A stretch of 64,000 bases of DNA from Eledone cirrhosa (taxonomy: Eukaryota). This document shows positions 42,648 to 56,169 of the stretch, one piece after another; the stretch's first letter is position 1, and each line of letters starts with the position of its first letter. The stretch spans positions 80,476,001-80,540,000 of the forward strand of contig OZ024746.1 in assembly GCA_964016885.1 (NCBI GenBank). Reading direction: 5' to 3'. Both the position numbers and the translations under genes were made by a program. The notes beneath the pieces are model-generated. The model saw only the letters and a list, made by a program, of their open reading frames with translations, searched no databases and was not told the origin of the DNA.

Positions 42648-42685
<38 letters not shown>

Positions 42686-42721
42686 CGTATATATATATAT
42701 ATGTATGTATGTGTATATATG

Positions 42722-42760
<39 letters not shown>

Positions 42761-42943
42761 ATATATATATATATATATATGTATGTGTATATATATATAT
42801 ATATATATATGTGTATTTATATATATATATATATGTGTATTTATATATATATATATATGTGTATTTATATATATATATATATGTGTATTTATATATATAT
42901 ATGTATGTGTATATATATATATATATATATGTGTATATATATA

Positions 42944-42974
<31 letters not shown>

Positions 42975-43077
42975 GTGTATTTATATATATATATGTGTAT
43001 ATATATATATATATATATGTATTTATATATATATATATGTGTATATATATATAAATACATATATATATATGTATATA

Positions 43078-43108
<31 letters not shown>

Positions 43109-43186
43109 GTGTATATATATATATACACACATATATACACACACACATATATATACACAAACACGCACACGCATAATATATATATT

Positions 43187-43228
<42 letters not shown>

Positions 43229-44939
43229 GTGTGTGTGTGTGTGTGTCTAATGCATATATGTGTAGTAGACCGACAAGTTATCTCCCCCTTTCTTTCTCTT
43301 TCTCTCCTTTCCCTCCATTTTTCTTCCTTTGTTTTGTACATGTTCTATTAATCACCTAATATATACATTATGAGCGTCGTCTATATTAGTTTAATTTGCT
43401 AGGCCTAATCGTTCTACCAAATCCGAAACTAATTGCTAACCTTTTGAACTTTTTTACATAATTAGTTTTAACAATTCTCAACACAACTAATTAGGTCATT
43501 TGATAATTGAAAAAACAACAAAAAGAAAACAACAACAAAAAATTAAACAAACCAAACCAAACCAAACAAAATTATTGCCTATTGTTTGTTCAATTGTATT
43601 TTACGTTGTGCACAAAACATTTCATTTCACGTTGCTCGAGTGAGTATCAACAACAGCTGGAGGAGTGGAGATTAACTCTTCCATAGACTAACGTTCTATC
43701 CAGGGGAAGTTTTATATTCTCAGTCGCTTAACGCCGGTCTAATGGACCTCCAGGTTTAGGACAGACGTTAACCTTTAACTTTTTTTTAATTTATTAAATT
43801 TTTATTCGGAAATCAGAAACCACCAGAAGACAGTGGGGTACATCAATTGGTAGAGGTGGGGATGAAGTGATGGTTTCGCCCCTTATTAGTGGACAGGTTG
43901 GTGATTTCAAGCTGACCATTCTTGGACAATTGGAAGAATAGCCACAGATAATATAACACCTTTGGCAAGCTCATTAACTGCTTAATGAACGCAACCACAA
44001 GGATATGGTCCGAACGTGGAAGAGCCGAACTCCCACTGTCATCACCTCCATCTCTCTCGCCCTCCCCATCTCTCTGTATGGTGAGCAACTGGGATCTCAC
44101 GGGCTGGCCTCCCCACAGCCTCGGCGGACAGAATGGAGAAGGTGTTTCCCCGGAGGATGGTAAATACGGGTGGGTTGTTTACGACTAAGTTTTCTTTTAT
44201 TTTTAGAATCTGACTCGGTGGTGACAGGTATGTTAGTCAGTGCTTCAGTACATCTGAGCGAAAGGAAAAGCTGAATGAGCGAACATAAGATTATGTAGAG
44301 ATACAAGAAACGTTGTATGTGAATAACCAGAAAAAATCTTAAGGTGGTGCCCCAGAATGGCTGCAGCCTAATAACTGAAACAAAGTATAAAAAATAATCC
44401 TGAAGCTTTGTGTGTGTAAGTGTTCGTGTGTCTGTATACCTCTGTGTGCCTGTTGGGGTGGTATACGTGTGTATATGTGTACGCGTGTTACGAGAGCATT
44501 TAGTATGATGTATTCATGTTTCGCATAATTCGCTTCCCACGGATAAGCTGTATTCATCAATGTACATACATACATGCCTTCGCATATGACGGCAAATTGG
44601 CAGAGTCAGTAGGACTTTGGACAAAATGCTTTGCGGCAATTGTTTCAGTTCTTGGTCCTCTGTGCTCTGAGTTCAAATTATCGTTAAAGTCGACTTCGCC
44701 TTTCATCTTTTCAGAGTCGATAAAATAAAGTACCAGACCAAGGTTGGTGATGGAGGTTATTATTAGAGGGTCCGATGAGATAACTTGCGGTGATTGTTAC
44801 GGCTCTTTGCGTCCTATGCTCTTGGGTGGTAGACGTAATCTTTCACGTGGTGTAAAACACACACACGCGAACACACACACACACACGCGAACACACACAC
44901 ACACACGCGAACACACACTCATACACACGAACACTCTCT

Positions 44940-45545
44940 CACACTCACTCTCTCACATTCACACACTCTCACATTCACACACTCTCGCATTCACACACTC
45001 TCACATTCACACACTCTCGCATTCACACACTCTCGCATTCACACACTCTCGCATTCACACACTCTCACATTCACACACTCTCGCATTCACACACTCTCGC
45101 ATTCACACACTCTCGCATTCACACACTCTCACATTCACACACTCTCACATTCACACACTCTCACATTCACTCACTCTCACATTCACACACTCTCGCATTC
45201 ACACACTCTCGCATTCACACACTCTCGCATTCACACACTCACTCACATTCACACACTCACTCACATTCACACACTCACTCACATTCACACACTCACTCAC
45301 ATTCACACACTCACTCACATTCACACACACTCACATTCACACACACTCACATTCACACACTCTCACATTCACACACTCTCACATTCACACACTCTCACAT
45401 TCACTCACTCTCGCATTCACTCACTCTCGCATTCACACACTCTCGCATTCACACACTCTCGCATTCACACACTCTCGCATTCACACACTCTCACATTCAC
45501 ACACTCTCACATTCACACACTCTCACATTCACACACTCACTCACT
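44940..45545. repeat. 16-bp minisatellite ATTCACACACTCTC(G/A)C
   Basis: Read directly. Confidence 0.9.
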
Positions 45546-47126
45546 CACTCACTCACAGTGTCACAAAAATGTGGTGCATTTAAGAAATTTAAATAACATT
45601 TTCTTTGTAATAGCGAGGTCTATATATTCACACATGATAGGAGGAAATATTTAACGAACAAGTTTGTGAGAATTAAACCATTCTGATGATCGGCTCTTTT
45701 CCATTTTGTTTTTCCTCCCTCAAAAAGCTATTTTTATTATTTTTGTTTTAACTTCCATTTAGTTTTATCAACGTAAAATCGAAAAAGAAATCTCTCAATT
45801 TGAGTTATCCTTACTTTTAAAGTATTAATCTAATGAAAATAGAACCCCTATCTCTGTAGCTTTAGCTGGTCTCTCTGTGGTCCTCAGTCCATCTAAGTAG
45901 GCGGAGTTTCATTAGAGACTGCAGCACAGGGTTGGCTTTTGTAAATGTATTTATTGCTTTCATTTTGTTTGCTTCTTCTTCTTTTTCTTTTTCTTCTTTT
46001 TCTTCTTTTTCTTCTTTTTCTTCTTCTTTTTCTTCTTTTTCTTCTTCTTTTTCTTCTTTTTCTTCTTCTTTTTCTTCTTTTTCTTCTTTTTCTTCTTTTT
46101 CTTCTTCCTTTTCTTCTTCTTTTTCTTCTTTTTCTTCTTCTCTGATTTTTGTCATTATTTTTGTCTTTTATTTTACTTTCAATTTGTAATTGGGCTAAGG
46201 TTATAGAGGTTTGTCTGTTTCGATTTAAGGCTTTCGAATTTCTCCATTTAATCCTAAGAAGATCCAGGCTCCAAATAGTTTTGTTGATATGTCTTGAAAC
46301 ATAATCTATCCGAAATTTGGTAATGGTGCATGGAGATGGCTGTTGTTATTGTGTATCTGTGTATGTATCTATGTGTGTGTGTGTGTGTTAATGTGTACGT
46401 AAGCAAGGGAATAAAAGATGTAGGTATTGGCAAAAGGAGGGATGAAGATGTTGACGAGAATGGGTGAGGGGAGGAACGGAGGCTAGGGAATGGGGAAGTG
46501 AGGTGGAGTGAGGCAAAACTTAGTCGGAAGGACCTCTGTAAGCCGATCTGTGAGAGATGATAGTCGTTATATTGTAGTCTTTTAATAACAACCTGATACG
46601 GCACAGTCCCTCGAGATAAAATGTCGTCGATTGATGGACCAAGACAGAACAAGAGGGGGGAAAATAAGAGAACGGCAGTGGGAGTAGTAGTAGTAGAAAG
46701 GCCGTGTGGGAGATGGGATGGTTGATTCGTGGTTATAGTGGGAGTAGCAGTGTTAGGACGCCAGAGAATGAGGTGGGAGGGAACGGTTGCTTGGTAGTGA
46801 AAGTGGTAGTTATGATGATGATAGTTGTAGCAGTAGTGAAAGCTGTGACAGTGGTGGTGGATGGGGGGGGGCTGTGGGGATTGTGTGGTAATGATGGTGG
46901 TGGTGGCGGCAGTGACAGTGGCGATTATGGTGGTGTGGTGGCAGCAGTGATGGTGGTGATTGTGGCGGTGGTGTTGTGGTGGCAGCAGTGATGGTGGTGA
47001 TTGTGGTGGTGGTGTTGTGGTGGTGTTGTGGTGGCAGCAGTGATGGTTGTGATTGTGATGGCGGCGGTGGTGGTGTGGTGGTGGAGAAGGCGATGGTTGC
47101 TTTTCAATTTAGTTGTTTAATATGAT

Positions 47127-47916
47127 AATTGTTTCTACTTTTTGGCACAAGGCCAGCAATTATCCTAGTACATTACTGGTACTTTATTTTATCGACCCCG
47201 TAAGGATGAAAGGCAAAGTTAACCTCGGCGGGATTTGAACTCAGTCCGTAAAGGGACGTAACTGTGCTGCAAAGCATGGCGTCTGACCCTCTACCGATAC
47301 TGCCAATCCACCGCGTAATTTAATAATTGTTTCTACTTTAGGCACAAGGCCAGCAATAACTCAGTGCATTACTGGTACTTTATTTTATCGACCCCGTAAG
47401 GATGAAAGGCAAAGTTAACCTTGGCGGGATTTGAACTCAGAATGGCAAGGGCCGTAACTCTATACGTCAAAGCATGGCGTCCGATCCTCTACCGATACTG
47501 CCAATTCAATTTAATAATGATTTCTTATTTAGGCACAAGGCCAGCAAATTTTTTTTGGGGGGGTAAGGGAAAAGTCGATGAAATTGACCCCAGTGCGTGA
47601 CTGGTACTTTATTTTATCGACCCCGTAAGGATGAAAGGCAAAGTTAACCTTGGCGTGTTTTGAAATCAGATCATAAAGGGCCGTAACTCTATGCGGCAAG
47701 GCATGGCGTACGACCCTCTACCGATATTTAATAATTGTTTCTACTTTTGACACAAGGCCAACAATAACCCAGTGTATTACTGGTACTTTATCTTATCGAC
47801 CTCGTAATGATGAAAGGCAAAGTAAACCTCGGCGGGATTTGAACTCAGACCGTAAAGGGACGTAACTATGCTGGAAAGCATGGCGTCCGACTCTCTACTG
47901 ATACTGCCAATCCACT
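47127..47916 (-). mobile_element. Head-to-tail array of four family-D SINEs
   Basis: Copies at about 47127-47314, 47321-47505, 47512-47726 and 47729-47916, each with its own substitutions. Confidence 0.88.
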
Positions 47917-48074
47917 GTTGTTTAATATAATAACGGTGCCAGGTTAGACACGTCAGAAACACCAACGAGGATGTATCACAGTTCACATTTCAACTAAACT
48001 GATTCATTTGAGAGTTAAAATCTTAAATTAAAATATTTACAGTACTTTCAGCAGTGGTCTATAATTTTTTGCGG

Positions 48075-48276
48075 TTGTCCGGTGGCAGTAGAGACTTCCG
48101 GCGTCTTTGGCCCCTGGACCACACTCCTACTCACTGCTGTCGGAGCGGTGTTGGCTACCTGCAAATGCGAACTCTGCGAGGTGGAGTGTCCGTTCCAGCG
48201 TATCTCCCTCGTCATCCTCCGAGGCAATATCTTTCCCATCCCGTCGACGAGGATCACGAGGCCGACTGACCCTTAA
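48075..48276 (+). pseudogene. C-terminal restriction-like endonuclease fragment of a CRE-like non-LTR retrotransposon
   Basis: Translates PVAVETSGVFGP...FQRISLVILRGN, matching the P.AVET.G..G...QRIS..I.RGN signature of CRE-type endonuclease domains. Confidence 0.7.
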
Positions 48277-49718
48277 GTTTCATTTATGGTGGTGGCATGT
48301 AGAATAGATTTACTAGGTTGAGAAACGAAGCATATATGCCTTTGTTATTTTGTCCGCAGAGCGCAGCCGAAACAGCGCTCTGAACTAGGTGTAGCCTGTC
48401 ACCCCCTCCTTTCCCCATCCGTTGCTTATTATTCCTTGTTTCTTTCCCTCATTCTCCTCTCATATATGGCATTTATAGTCCTTGCCAACACTGCTTTCTT
48501 TTTCTGTATATTTGACTAAATATTAAATTCTTTACTACTTTTATGTAATTTTATCCTAGGAATATATTTGAGTATTTTGATATAAAATAGTTTCATGTCT
48601 AAAAATATATAATTAAACAGAATAAACTGTAATCTTAGAATTACTAAATTGAGTCATTTGAGTTAAAATTTAAATCTTTGCAGTATTTTTCCGCTCTGGC
48701 CTAAGAAATGTGTGCGGTTGTCCAGCTACCTCATCGATACGAGCTCGGACGGAGCTCATATGCATGAATTAAGATCACATAGTCGTCTTTGTTGGATCAC
48801 TCGTGTTTAGGTCTAGGCCAACTCTAATCGTGCGTGCATCCAGTCATTTCGTATATCAGAAATTGTATTTATCCACTACATCACTCTTCAAGACTGTAGA
48901 CTGTAATTTGAGGAAAATTGTGCTGTTATTTCTACTAGGTCAAATAACCAGGTAGATTCCTCTCATTGATTCACACTTGTTCAGTTCCAGGCCAACTCTA
49001 ATCGGCTAGATCTATTAACAATGACGTTCTAACCGTGACAATCTCGTCAGATTGTATATCGAAGACTACATGGTCCAATGTATCCATCTGCCTTCATTTA
49101 AGTCTATAGGGTTTAACTGAATGCAAATTTGGCTGTTGTTTCTATCCTGTCGAGTGAGTACCCCCAATCTCCTCATTGATGCTCCCTCATTGCCTCGTTA
49201 TCCTTAGTTTGTTTTCTTTGGTAGATTCCACCTCCATCCCATATCTCTACGTCGTCTTGTGTGGTTATGTTTCCTTATATCTCCTGTTGGCGCCATTGCT
49301 GCCCTGGCAATTACTTGCTCCCATCACTTCGCTTCAGGTTATATTGGAACTTGCGTTAAATGGAGGCAATGACGCACAAGCACAAACACCCTACCACCAT
49401 ACATGTACATGTGTCTGTAAGGGGGAAGGAGGGCAGGATATATCTCTTCTAAATTGCTCATTCGTGGATGGATGAGTTAACCCACAATCCTCTCAACCAC
49501 ACACACCTTCATTTCAAAATGTATATAATATAGACACAGGCATGGTCACGTGGTTAAGGAGTTCACTCCGCAACCAAGGGGTTCAGGGTTCAGTTTTGCT
49601 GCATGGCACCTTAAGCAAGTCTCTTCTACTATAGTCTCGGATTGATCAGTACCTCGAGTGGAATTTGGTAGACGAAAACTACAGAAGTCTGTTACACACA
49701 CACGCACACACACGCACG

Positions 49719-49791
<73 letters not shown>

Positions 49792-49893
49792 ATACACACA
49801 CATACATACACATACATACAACCAACCAACCAACCAACCAACCAACCAACCAAAAATATACTCGAAATTAAGAGAAAGAGATTAAATACATAT

Positions 49894-50139
49894 ATGGTGG
49901 CTGCCAACTCGTTTTCGAGTACGGCCACTACTTTATATCCATGTAGGGAACTCCTACCGATGCGCTGAACGAGTGTGACTTTTTAGTCCAGCCAGCGACT
50001 TGAAAACTCTGGTACAAATACTACACTTGTGACAATTATTGACACATAGTGCTGGGCCCATGGTACCATGTGATGACAAGTGCAGAGAGATCTCTAGATA
50101 TAAAGCAATGCCTGTGCCGTGAAGCTTTTATAGTGAGCA
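49894..50139 (-). mobile_element. Family-B retroposon, 5'-truncated
   Basis: Matches 50191-50433; preceded by the last ~30 nt of the second R4 subfamily (49852-49882). Confidence 0.85.
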
Positions 50140-50190
50140 TACATACATACATACATACATACATACATACATACATACATACATACATAC

Positions 50191-50796
50191 ATGGTGGCTG
50201 CCAACTCGTTTTCGAGTACGGCCACTACTTTATATCCATGTAGGAGAACCCCTACTGAGGCGCTGAACGAGTGTGACATTTTAGTCCAGCCAGCGACTTG
50301 AAAGCTCTGGTACAAACACTACACTTGTGACAATTATTGTCACATAGTGCTGGGCCCATGGTACCATGTGACAAGTCCAGAGAGATCTCCAGATATAAAG
50401 CAATGCCTATGCCGTGAAGCTTTTATAGTGAGCAAAGGCACTGCACAAAGCCAGTCCCACTCTCTTAACCAAGATGATATTTACCAAAAAGAACAACAAG
50501 TCAACATCATTGGATACCATCAGGGTTGCAGGTGTTATATCAGAGTTTTCCTTCTCCTAGAATTCTGCCTTGACAAAGGCTAAGGGGTCATCTCTGCCGG
50601 TGATTTTGGATGGCCATTGACTCTTAAGAGGTCCTTTGCCTTTGACAGGTTTTGTTTTTAGTCCTGCAGGATGTCCAAAGTCACCCTCCTCACCAAGAAA
50701 CCTTGGTGGGGTTGCCAGTTTAGTCGCCAACGACTCGACCATGAGATTGGTTGTACTGGGATACATGTTACCAGTCGCAGCAACTGGTTACCTGAC
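50191..50796 (-). mobile_element. Family-B retroposon, longest copy (about 606 bp)
   Basis: Flanked by (CATA)n on both sides; minus strand contains CTAGGAGAAGGAAAACTCTGA, a motif resembling RTE 5'-UTR-derived sequence. Confidence 0.85.
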
Positions 50797-50907
50797 ACAT
50801 ACACACACATACATACATACATACATACATACATACATACATACATACATACATACATACATACATACATACATACATACATACATACATACATACATAC
50901 ATACATA

Positions 50908-51090
50908 CGCCGACCGCGAAAAAACAATTCGGTCGTTCCCTGTATCCCGAAAAAACAACTTTTGTGGAAGTTTTCAATGTTTTTATAGGTTTATGCCGCC
51001 TGAAGAGCTCGTGCAATCATAATTGGTGGTCCTCGGCGAAACATGTTTAACGGAGTCTTAAATAAACCTGATTATGGTCTCCAATCTTTT
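50908..51090 (+). mobile_element. PLE-like 3' end with hammerhead relic (50996-51053)
   Basis: CCGC-CTGAAGA-GC...GC-GAAA-CATGTT-TA-ACGG, then AATAAA and (TAA)n; same family as 21930-22020. Confidence 0.6.
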
Positions 51091-51099
51091 TAATAATAA

Positions 51100-51288
51100 T
51101 AATAATTGTGTCTCCTTTAGGCACAAGGCCAGCAATTACTCAGTACATTACTGGTACTTTATTTTATCGACCCCGTAAGGATGAAAGGCAAAGTTAACCT
51201 CGGCGGGATTTGAACTCGGAATAGCAAGGGCCGTAACTCTGTGTCAAAGCGCTGGCGTCTGACCCTCTACCAATACTGCCAATCCACA
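51100..51288 (-). mobile_element. Family-D SINE
   Basis: Full core motif on the minus strand. Confidence 0.85.
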
Positions 51289-51458
51289 GGATAAGAGTCA
51301 GGGACCACGACGGTTGAGCTCCGGGCGTTTCGACAGCTAGATCCGAACTGGCCGGAGCTCAGCCGTCGGGGTCTTGACTCTTTTCCTATTACCCACTCTA
51401 CTGCCCTACTCTGGTGCGTTATGGCCCTCTTTGTATCTTACCACACCTTTTTTGTTTT
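51288..51458 (+). mobile_element. Family-A (variant A2) element with inverted 5' segment
   Basis: GAGCTCCGGGCGTTTCGACAGCTAGATCCGAA (inverted) followed by GGCCGGAGCTCAGCCGTCGGGGTC...CTTACCACACC and (TA)n. Confidence 0.75.
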
Positions 51459-51482
51459 ATATATATATATATAGAAGCGGTT

Positions 51483-51513
<31 letters not shown>

Positions 51514-51740
51514 TTATATCCAGCAATTTAACGGATCAACTAAAATGGTCGATAAAATAAGTACCAGACATGGAAAACACTACCAATCCAATACCAAGGT
51601 TGTTTCACTATCTCTTTTTCTCCCCTGCTTTCTCCTCCTTTCCTTTCACTCGTCACCCAGCTGGTAAAATGTTGTCTCCATAATTCAAAGGGTCAGCCTT
51701 GTTACACACAATGTCACGCTGAAGATCTCCCTGAGAACTA

Positions 51741-51863
51741 CCGTATTTCCGGCGCCGAAGATGCTTCGTCCTCGAGGAAGCACCCTAATTTTGACAAGCA
51801 ATGGTAGGTTTTTGAGACTTATTTTAGGGAAAAAAGTAGCGTCTTCGACGCCGGGAAATGCGG
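51741..51863. mobile_element. Tc1/mariner-superfamily MITE inserted at TA within a family-E SINE
   Basis: TIRs CCGTATTTCCGGCG / CGCCGGGAAATGCGG; flanks GAGAACTA | TGCGTTAAGG; the uninterrupted SINE at about 59680 (minus) reads GAACTACGTTAAGG. Confidence 0.8.
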
Positions 51864-52064
51864 TGCGTTAAGGATACATGGATCTTGGACTGCTCAGCCA
51901 CTTGCTTTCACTTAATATTACGAGTATGTTGTCCGTATATCGAATCAGCTAGAACACTCGTTGATGAAATCGACGGAGGTCCAACACACACACTTTCACT
52001 CACCAACTGTAAACAATGTGAACAGAATTTCTTTTTCTCCTCCGTTTTATTTCCCTCTTTATCT

Positions 52065-53329
52065 CTTTCCCTTCTTCTCTCTCTCCCTTCTTCTCCCTCG
52101 CCGTCTCTTCTTCTCTCTCGCCGTCTCTTCTTCTCTCTCGCCGTCTCTTCTTCTCTCTCTCCGTCTCTTCTTCTCTCTCTCCGTCTCTTCTTCTTCTCTC
52201 TCCGTCTCTTCTTCTCTCTCTCTCTCTCCGTGTCTTCTTCTCTCTCTCTCCGTGTCTTCTTCTCTCTCTCTCCGTCTCTTCTTCTTCTCTCTCTCCGTCT
52301 CTTCTTCTTCTTCTCTCTCTGTCTCTTCATCTTCTTCTTCTCTCCGCCTCTTCTTCTTCTCTCTCTCCGTCTCTTCTTCTTCTCTCTCTCCGTCTCTTCT
52401 TCTCTCTCGCCGTCTCTTCTTCTCTCTCTCCGTCTCTTCTTCTCTCTCGCCGTCTCTTCTTCTCTCTCTCCGTCTCTTCTTCTCTCTCTCCGTCTCTTCT
52501 TCTCTCTCTCCGTCTCTTCTTCTTCTCTCTCTCCGTCTCTTCTTCTTCTCTCTCGCCGTCTCTTCTTCTTCTCTCTCGCCGTCTCTTCTTCTTCTCTCTC
52601 GCCGTCTCTTCTTCTTCTCTCTCTCCGTCTCTTCTTCTTCTCTCTCTCCGTCTCTTCTTCTTCTCTCTCTCCGTCTCTTCTTCTTCTCTCTCTCCGTCTC
52701 TTCTTCTTCTCTCTCTCCGTCTCTTCTTCTTCTCTCTCTCCGTCTCTTCTTCTTCTCTCTCGCCGTCTCTTCTTCTGCTCTCTCTCCGTCTCTTCTTCTT
52801 CTCTCTCTCCGTCTCTTCTTCTTCTCTCTCTCCGTCTCTTCTTCTTCTTCTCTCTCTCCGTCTCTTCTTCTTCTCTCTCTCCGTCCTCTTCTTCTTCTCT
52901 CTCGCCGTCTCTTCTTCTTCTCTCTCTCCGTCTCTTCTTCTTCTCTCTCTCCGTCTCTTCTTCTTCTCTCTCTCTCTCTCTCTCTCTCTCCGTCTCTCTC
53001 TTCTTCTCTCTCTCTCTCTCCGGCTCTCTCTTCTTCTCTCTCTCTCTCTCTCCGGCTCTCTCTTCTTCTCTCTCTCTCTCCGTCTCTCTCTTCTTCTTCT
53101 CTCTCTCTTCTCCGTCTCTCTCTTCTTCTTCTCTCTCTCTCCGTCTCTTCTTCTTCTCTCTTCTCTCTCTCCGTCTCTTCTCTGTCTCTTCTGTCTCTTC
53201 TCTCTCTCCGTCTCTTCTCTCTCTCTCTGTCTCTTCTCTCTCTCTCCGTCTCTTCTCTGTCTCTTTCTGTCTCTTCTCTCTCTCCGCCTCTTCTCTCTCT
53301 CCGTCTCTCTTCTCTCTCTCTCTGTCTCT

Positions 53330-53363
<34 letters not shown>

Positions 53364-53630
53364 CTCCTCTCTCTCTGTCTCTTCTCTCTCTCTGTCTCTT
53401 CTCTCTCTCCGTCTCTTCTCTCTCTCTCCGTCTCTTCTCTCTCTCCGTCTCTTCTCTCTCTCTCTCCGTCTCTTCTCACTCTCTCTCCGTCTCTTCTCTC
53501 TCTCTATCCTTCTCGCCCTCCGTCTCCGTCACTTCTCCCCCGTCACTTCTCCCCCCTTCTCTCTCTCTCTCCGTCACCCCCCCCTCTCTCTCTCCGTCAC
53601 TTCCCCTCTCTCTCTCTCTCCACCTCACTC
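52065..53630. repeat. Polypyrimidine compound minisatellite (CCGTCTCTTCTTCTCTCTCT-type units)
   Basis: Read directly; source of the 500-600-aa spurious ORFs. Confidence 0.95.
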
Positions 53631-53673
<43 letters not shown>

Positions 53674-53827
53674 CCGGACAGGAAACTTTATAATTTTAAT
53701 TCCCCGAAAATATAATTTATTGCATCATCGTTTACAAACCGGAATCACCAGTTCCGCCCAATGGTAAACAACGTAACATGAATGGTGTATGTATATATAT
53801 ACACACACCAACACACATATACACATA

Positions 53828-53929
53828 CAGGCTGTTCCAAAAATATTTATACACACTTCAACAGTATTCTAATAAATATTGCCTGTACAGGTAATCAAAG
53901 TATGTATACATTTTTTGGGGGACAGCATA
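53828..53929. mobile_element. Small TA-flanked MITE candidate
   Basis: GCTGTTCCAAAAATATTTATACA ... TGTATACATTTTTTGGGGGACAGC imperfect inverted termini. Confidence 0.5.
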
Positions 53930-54019
53930 TGAAACGTTAAGACCCTCTTCCTGCTATATTTTCCATATACTGTACCGGTTGTGCTGTTATTTCTGTTTAC
54001 CTTTTTCACACACACACAT

Positions 54020-54390
54020 ATAATTGTTTCTACTTTTGGCACAAGGCCAGCAATTACCTCAGTGTATTACTGGTACTTTATTTTATCGACCCCGTAAGGA
54101 TGAAAGGCAAAGTTAACCTCGGCGGGATTTGAACTCAGAATGGCAAGGGCCGTAACTCTATGCTGCAAAGCATAGTGTCCGACTGTCTATCGATACTGCC
54201 AATATATATAATTGTTTCTACTTTAGGTACAAGGCCAGCAATTATCCAGTACATTACTGGTACTTTATTTTATCGACCCCCGTAAGGATGAAAGGCAAAG
54301 TTAACCGCGGCGGGATTTGAACTCAGACTGTAAAGGGACGTAACTATGCTAGAAAACATGGCGTCCAACCCTCTACCAATACTGCCAGTA
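54020..54390 (-). mobile_element. Two tandem family-D SINEs
   Basis: Core motif occurs twice (about 54020-54203 and 54208-54388). Confidence 0.85.
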
Positions 54391-54410
54391 TATATAATGT
54401 CATACAAAAC

Positions 54411-54610
54411 NNNNNNNNNNNNNNNNNNNNNNNNNNNNNNNNNNNNNNNNNNNNNNNNNNNNNNNNNNNNNNNNNNNNNNNNNNNNNNNNNNNNNNNNNN
54501 NNNNNNNNNNNNNNNNNNNNNNNNNNNNNNNNNNNNNNNNNNNNNNNNNNNNNNNNNNNNNNNNNNNNNNNNNNNNNNNNNNNNNNNNNNNNNNNNNNNN
54601 NNNNNNNNNN
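54411..54610. other. Assembly gap (200 N)
   Basis: Run of N. Confidence 1.
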
Positions 54611-54982
54611 TACCATATATATATATATATATATATACCATATATATATATATATATATATACCATATATATATATATATATAATTACCATATATATATA
54701 TACCATATATATATATATATATATACCATATATACCATATATATATATACCATATATATATATATATTAGAGAGAGAGAAGGGATGTAAAATCCTAGCGC
54801 TGCTGTCAGGATTTTACCTCTCTCTATACCCACTCTGCATCTTCCCATCATTGAGTACTCCCATGATTAGTGCTCTCCTTGGTCTCAACACCGCAAACTC
54901 TCTTTCTCTCTCTCTCCTCTCTCTCTACTCTCTCTCTCTCCTCTCTCTCTTCCTCTCTCTCTCTCTCTCTCCTCTCTCTCTC

Positions 54983-55036
<54 letters not shown>

Positions 55037-55064
55037 TCTTTCTTTCTCTCTCTCTCTCTTTCTT

Positions 55065-55095
<31 letters not shown>

Positions 55096-55316
55096 TTCTC
55101 TCTCTCTTTCTTTCCTCTCTTTCTCTCTCTCTTTCTCTCTCTCTTTCGCATCTTTCTCTCTCTCTTTCGCTCTTTTCTCTCTCTCTCTCTTTCTTTCGCT
55201 CGCTCGCTCTCTCTCTCTTTCTCTCTCTCTGTGAGAGAGAGAGAAATCTATATTTACAATGCGTGTGTTCGTTTAACTTTTTTTTAAACTCGTATTAATA
55301 CCCAGGGAGTGCAATG

Positions 55317-55352
<36 letters not shown>

Positions 55353-55362
55353 GCACGCGCAC

Positions 55363-55430
<68 letters not shown>

Positions 55431-55995
55431 GCGCACGCGCGCCCTCTGCATATTGCCCTTCGTTCTGTTTACTAGTTTTTCGTTGTAAGATATACTAGTT
55501 ATACAAATATGTAACATTATAGAATACACTCATATAAACGCACTTGTATAATACGTACTTAAAATCTAACTTCCATATATATATATATATATCTATATAT
55601 CTATATATATACACACACACACACATATATATATACGCACAAATATCCGTATATTCATGAAATTGAAACGTCAAAATGTTGCTCTGTAAACATCACACAC
55701 ACACACAGACATCTGTATGTGTGTGTGTGTATAGTTTTAATTGCTCAAAGCGATCTCATCAGATAAGAATATACATCCACACCACAAGCCTTGACGGACT
55801 TGGTAGCTCATTTATTGACGCCCACTATAATACATTCACCCTTTTCTAAACCCCGCTTTCTGCCTTATTTACTATACGCCCCCCCCCCCCCCCCGTTTCT
55901 TTCACCACCACCCCCCGTCTCACTATTTTTTACTCCCTACCATTTTACTCCCTACCATTTTACTAACAGACACCATGTAATCTTTACAGAACAAG

Positions 55996-56034
<39 letters not shown>

Positions 56035-56169
56035 TAAAATAACAGATTAAAGTTTAAGCAAAGAATCGTTGCTTTCACCGTTAACGGGATCTTCTGAAAC
56101 TAACAAAGTCAATCTGTGAACGCAGAAGTAAATATTTCAAAAAACGTTGCAACCGGAGGAAGACTACCC

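Noticed and set aside
43820-44190. GC-richer segment with short ORFs, possibly a LINE or exon remnant
   Set aside because: No motif I can identify with confidence in any frame
47127-47916. tRNA genes suggested by A/B boxes
   Set aside because: No cloverleaf; these are tRNA-derived SINE heads
51858-53715. 500-600-aa ORFs
   Set aside because: Open frames arise from a stop-free CT-rich minisatellite
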